DNA from: Eledone cirrhosa
Taxonomy: Eukaryota
Reading direction: 5' to 3'
NCBI GenBank assembly: GCA_964016885.1
Contig: CAXHJY010000355.1
Coordinates: forward strand, 1-33,024
Length of the DNA stretch: 33,024 nt
This document shows positions 28,233 through 33,024 of the stretch, in pieces; positions within the stretch are counted from its first letter, which is position 1; each line of letters starts with the position of its first letter. The notes under the pieces were generated by a model, which did no database searches, had not been told where the DNA came from, and saw nothing but the letters and a program-made list of their open reading frames with translations. The translations under genes and the position numbers were made by a program.

Positions 28233-28441
28233 ACATATATATATATATGTTGTTTATATATGTTTAGATATATATGTGTGCATGTATATGTTTAGATATA
28301 TATGTATATATATATATTTATGTATATTGTGTGTATATATATATTTATGTATATATATATATATGTTGTATATGTGTCTATATACGTATATATATGTTGT
28401 ATATATCTATGTATATTTTGTATATATATATATGTATATTT

Positions 28442-28506
<65 letters not shown>

Positions 28507-28892
28507 ATTTTGTGTCTGTGTGTGTGTGTGTGTGTATTTTGTGTCTGTGTGTGTGTGTGTGTGTATTTTGTATATATATGTGTGTGTGTATGTTTTGTAT
28601 ATATATATGTGTGTGTATATTTTGTATATATATATATATAGATATGTGAGTATGTATGTGTGTATATATATGTATGTGCGTGTGTGCACACACACACACA
28701 CACACACAGACAGATAGACAGAGAGAGAGACAGATAGACAGAGAGAGAGACAGACAGAGACAGAGAGAGACAGAGAGAGAGAATCGAAAGTGTTGTGTGA
28801 TAACCGACATACTGCCGATTTCCAAGTCATTCATTAAACTCAAAATAACTGCCGCTATCTTCCTCTTCAAGGTTGCTCCAAATACTTCACTG

Positions 28893-30730
28893 TTGGTGGT
28901 GGTGGTGGTGGTGGTGGTGGTGATGGTTGTGGTGGTGTTGTTGGTGGTGGTTGTGGTGTTGGTGGTGTTAGGTGGTGGTGGTTGTGGTGGTGTTGTTGGT
29001 GGTGGTTGTGGTGGTGGTGTTGGTGGTGATGGTTGTGGTGTTGGTGGTGGTGGTGGTGGTGGTGGTGGTGGAGGTGGTGGTGGTGATGGTTGTGGTGTTG
29101 GTGGTGTTGGTGGTGATGGTTGTGGTGTTGGTGGTGTTGGTGGTGGTGGTGGTGGTGGTGGAGGTGGTGGTGGTGATGGTTGTGGTGTTGGTGATGGTGG
29201 TGGTGGTGGTTGTGGTGTTGGTGGTGGTGGTGGTGGTGGTGTGTGGTGGTGGTGGTGGTGGAGGTGGTGGTGATGATGGTTGTGGTGTTGGTGGTGGAGG
29301 TGGTGGTGATGATGGTTGTGGTGTTGGTGGTGGTTGTGTTGGTGGTGGTGGTGGTGGTGGTGGTTGTGGTGGTGTTGTTGGTGGTGGTGTTGTTGGTGGT
29401 GGTGGTTGTGGTTGTGGTGTTGGTGGTATTAGGTGGTGGTGGTTGTGGTGGTGGTGTTGTTGGTGGTGGTGTTGTTGGTGGTGGTGGTTGTGGTTGTGGT
29501 GTTGGTGGTATTAGGTGGTGGTGGTTGTGGTGGTGTTGTTGGTGGTGGTTGTGGTGTTGGTGTTGGTGGTGTTGGTGGTGGTGGTGGTTGTGGTTGTGGT
29601 TGTGGTGTTGGTGGTGTTAGGTGGTGGTGGTTGTGGTGGTGTTGTTGGTGGTGGTTGTGGTGTTGGTGTTGTTGGTAGTGGTGGTGTTATTGGTGGTGGT
29701 TATGGTGTTGGTGGTGGTAGTGGCTGTAGTGTTGATGTTGCTGGTGTTAGGTGGTGATGGTTGTGGTGTTGGTGGTGGTGTTGTTAATGGTGGTGGTGTT
29801 GTTAATGGTGGTGGTGTGGTTGGTGGTGGTGTTGTTGTTGGTGGTGGTGTTGTTAATGGTGGTGGTGTTGTTAATGGTGGTGGTGTTGTTGTTGGTAGTT
29901 GTGGTGGTGGTGGTGTTGTTGTTGGTGGTGGTGTTGTTGTTGGTGGTGGTGGTTGTGGTGTTGTTGTTGGTGTTGTTGGAGGTAATGGTTTGATGATGGT
30001 GTTATTAGTGTCGTTGTTGGTGTTGGTAGGTAGTGATGGTTGTTGTTGTTGGTGGTGTTGATTTGGAAGTGTTGTTGTTCTTGTTGGTGTTGATATTGTT
30101 GGTTGAGATGTTTGTGTTGTTGTTGGTGTTGTTTTGGCGGTGTTGATGTTGGTGGTGGTGTTGGTGTTCTTGGTGATGTTGTTGGTTGAGATGTTTGTGT
30201 TGTTGGTATTGGTGGTGTCGATGGTGATGTTGGTATTGTTGTTGTTGGTGTTGTTGTTGGTGGTGGTGTTGTTGTTGGTGGTGGTGGTGTTGTTATTGGT
30301 GTTGGTGTTGTTGGAGGTAATGGTTTGATGATGGTGTTATTAGAGTTGTTGTTGGTGTTGGTAGGTAGTGATGGTTGTTGTTGTTGGTGGTGTTGATTTG
30401 GAAGTGTTGTTGTTCTTGTTGGTGTTGATATTGTTGGTTGAGATGTTTGTGTTGTTGTTGGTGTTGTTTTGGCGGTGTTGATGTTGGTGGTGGTGTTGGT
30501 GTTCTTGGTGATGTTGTTGGTTGAGATGTTTGTGTTGTTGGTATTGGTGGTGTCGATGGTGATGTTGGTATTGTTGTTGTTGGTGTTGTTGTTGGTGGTG
30601 GTGTTGTTGTTGGTGGTGGTGTTGTTGTTATTGGTGTTGGTGTTGTTGGAGGTAATGGTTTGATGATGGTGTTATTAGAGTTGTTGTTGGAAGTGGTGGT
30701 GATAGTGTTATTTGTGTTGGTGATGTTGCT
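28893..30730. repeat. Degenerate (GGT/GTT)n tract including a 335-bp tandem duplication (~29972-30678)
   Basis: ttggaggtaatggtttgatgatggtgttattag recurs near 29976, 30311 and 30646. Confidence 0.9.
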
Positions 30731-31091
30731 GTCGGGGTTGTTGATAGAGTTATGACTGCAACCCGCAAATAGATAGATCGATAGATTTATCCACCGATCG
30801 ATCGATCGATAGATAGATAGTCAGATAGAACAAAGTCATCGAAATTTAGTGGGTATATAATTCATGATGATTAACGAAAACAAGGAATATAATAAATTAT
30901 TATAATTAATTCAAATGATATATATTGTAAACTGAAATACGGCGACCGTAATACCGAAAGACAAGAGGGTCGAGGAAAATCGAGGATTCAAGCTACTTTA
31001 CATAGAATGGTGTAAACAAGGAATTATTAAATTATATATTTGTTATTATAAAGCCCAGCGTTTTTATGGCTAGTATATATATATATATATA

Positions 31092-31466
31092 TTAGCAGAT
31101 GTACCCCGGCGTTGCTCGGGAAATGAATGACAGCCTGAATTGTTCAAGGTCGTTTATGGCTTAGCTAGTAATTTCTGAATGCATGTCAGCTTATGTCAGC
31201 TAATTGGCTAGCCAATGAGAGGTCGCCTCAGTAGCACGTGCCAAATAGGCCTAGTACTTCAAAAGTTAAAAGGAGCTTAGTATTTGTACACAGACAGATA
31301 CACACACAAAATCGATTTTTCGACCCCAATATTTTGGTCAAAACCTGCTCTGGCATATAAGCAATACGTGTGCCAAATTTGGTTGAAATCGGCCTAGTAC
31401 TTCAAAAGTTAAAAGGAGCCTAGTATTTGTACACAGACAGACACACACACGCTACTTATATATAAT
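31092..31466 (-). mobile_element. Non-autonomous Lep1-like Helitron
   Basis: Minus strand has a 5' TATATAA plus (GT)/(CTGT) microsatellite, and a 3' hairpin cccgagcaacgccggg followed ~10 nt later by CTAA (variant of CTAG). Contains gtgccaaatttggttgaaatcgg and an internal ~60-bp direct repeat (31248-31308 / 31391-31449). Confidence 0.7.
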
Positions 31467-31475
31467 ATATATATA

Positions 31476-31525
<50 letters not shown>

Positions 31526-31569
31526 AAAAAAAACGAAAAATCAGTGATGCATCTAGACTCAGTTTATTG

Positions 31570-31656
31570 CGTGTTACAATTGTTTCGCCGGCAGATAGCT
31601 CGAGACATGATCATTGTATGGATCTGCCTGATTCTATAGCGGGTTCTTCGGACACA
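31570..31656 (-). ncRNA. Hammerhead-like motif with U4C core and enlarged stem II domain
   Basis: Reverse complement: tgtgt-CCGAAGA-(58-nt insert containing ggcagat/atctgcc)-GAAA-caattg-TA-acacg-c-AATAAA. Confidence 0.5.
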
Positions 31657-32031
31657 TGCAATGCTTTCGGAGCAAATTTTCTCACTGGGGTGTTAGCTTC
31701 AATAAACACCTTCAAAAAACATCTTCCACTCTTGTCTTGCCATTGGCTGTTGTTTTTCTACGTCATCATAAATTCAGGTCAATATTTGCTGCCACACTGG
31801 TCATCAGCACCTCTCCGTCCGACACACTTCAATGGGCTCATGCTGGGTTTGGTATCTCACAAGTCTGCTCACACTCGCGAATATATACCCACATACACAC
31901 ATATAAATACACATACACACACACACGCAGACACATACATATATATGCATACATGTGTAGACACACACACCCATATACATATACACAAACACTATCTCTT
32001 ACACACACACACACACATATATATATATGTA

Positions 32032-32074
<43 letters not shown>

Positions 32075-32078
<4 letters not shown>

Positions 32079-32505
32079 AAGTTAAATAAAAGTCAAATGA
32101 TTAAAATTTAGCTTCGTTTATTACTGCTATATATATGACTTCGTTTATTACTGCTATATATATGACTTCGTTTATTACTGCTATATATATGACTCCAGTT
32201 CCCCAGTGAATTAACAACCCAACAAGGAACTGGGCATATCAGAGTATTGACAATATCATACACCTACACAACATATGTACTTGTCTATACCATACTAATT
32301 CAAACTGCCTGAAGAGGTCACAGCCAAAGATGGCTGTCACTGAAATATATATAGCAGTAATAAACGAAGCTAAATTTTAATCATTTGACTTTTATTTAAC
32401 TTTATTTTACACTACTCCGGAGTAACCAAACCAACCTGCGCACTTCGTCGAGTGCTCCAGCCTGCATACTGAGGTTTGGTATACAACCAACATAAACTCA
32501 AAATC
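32075..32505 (+). mobile_element. Fold-back element: inverted arm 32075-32136, 27-bp triplication, spacer, hammerhead, sense arm to 32406, tail
   Basis: Arms appear perfectly complementary (61-62 bp). (TA)n on both sides. Confidence 0.85.
32304..32358 (+). ncRNA. Type I hammerhead ribozyme
   Basis: Stem I actgc/gcagt; CTGAAGA 32309-32315; stem II ggt-c-acagcca/aaga/tggctgt-c-act; GAAA 32342-32345; tatata; UA; AATAAA immediately downstream. Confidence 0.88.
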
Positions 32506-32568
<63 letters not shown>

Positions 32569-33024
32569 GTGTGTGTGTGTGTGTATGTATATGTATTTAT
32601 ATATACATATTGAGTACATATAAAAATAAGTAAACTCATCGCTAGAACAGCTGTTAAAACAGCTAAATGCTGTCAAAGACAGCGATGGGCAAAAATATCT
32701 CAGAGGACAGAGAGACAATCTACAAGGTGGGTGAAAGGCAAATGAAATATAAAAAAAGGACAAGTGACTGGAAGAAGGAAATAAAGAAAAGTGACTGGAG
32801 GAAGGGAATAAAGAAAAGTGATGTACAAGACAAGTTTACACACACACGAATCTTCACAGTCATCAGCTCTCAAACAAGCAAAATGGTTTCGTACGATTTA
32901 ATTATATATCTATACACGAATTTAAGGTACCATATCATATCAATTATGTATGATATTTGTGCTTCTCAATGGAAAAGCTCAATGGACATTTGTCCAGAGC
33001 ATCCATAACACAAACACGCATCCT

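Noticed and set aside
28656-30663. Gly/Cys-rich structural protein (GGGCG repeats)
   Set aside because: The Gly frame shifts repeatedly within a (GGT)n tract and there is no supporting exon structure. It cannot be fully excluded without RNA data.
32855-32895. Permuted hammerhead on the minus strand (GAAAC...CTGATGA)
   Set aside because: Stems could not be paired.
32667-33008. 113-aa ORF with a KKSDW repeat
   Set aside because: Driven by a short purine-rich tandem repeat, with no recognisable domain.

Overview
AT-rich, repeat-dominated eukaryotic DNA with no confidently identifiable host gene. The SINE families look like those I recall from octopod cephalopods, so Octopus or a relative is my inference. 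Nearly all listed ORFs are artefacts of (TA)n/(CA)n/(GGT)n microsatellites or of a 39-bp minisatellite. Recognisable content: several SINEs, a decayed RTE-type LINE 3' end, two Tc1/mariner-type MITEs (one in a three-level nest), a Lep1-like Helitron, a ~3.1-kb 39-bp minisatellite possibly inside a solo LTR, and a 4.8-kb punctuated (TA)n tract. The main finding is about a dozen short non-coding elements from at least six unrelated families, each bounded by (TA)n. They share the layout (TA)n - inverted arm - spacer - sense arm - tail - (TA)n. Many carry type I hammerhead ribozymes (stem I, CUGANGA, stem II, GAAA, palindromic stem III, UA). Six hammerheads have intact cores, and two elements carry a ribozyme on each strand. 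This fits non-autonomous Penelope-like/retrozyme-type elements that target TA microsatellites. All folds were read by eye and none has been computed or tested.
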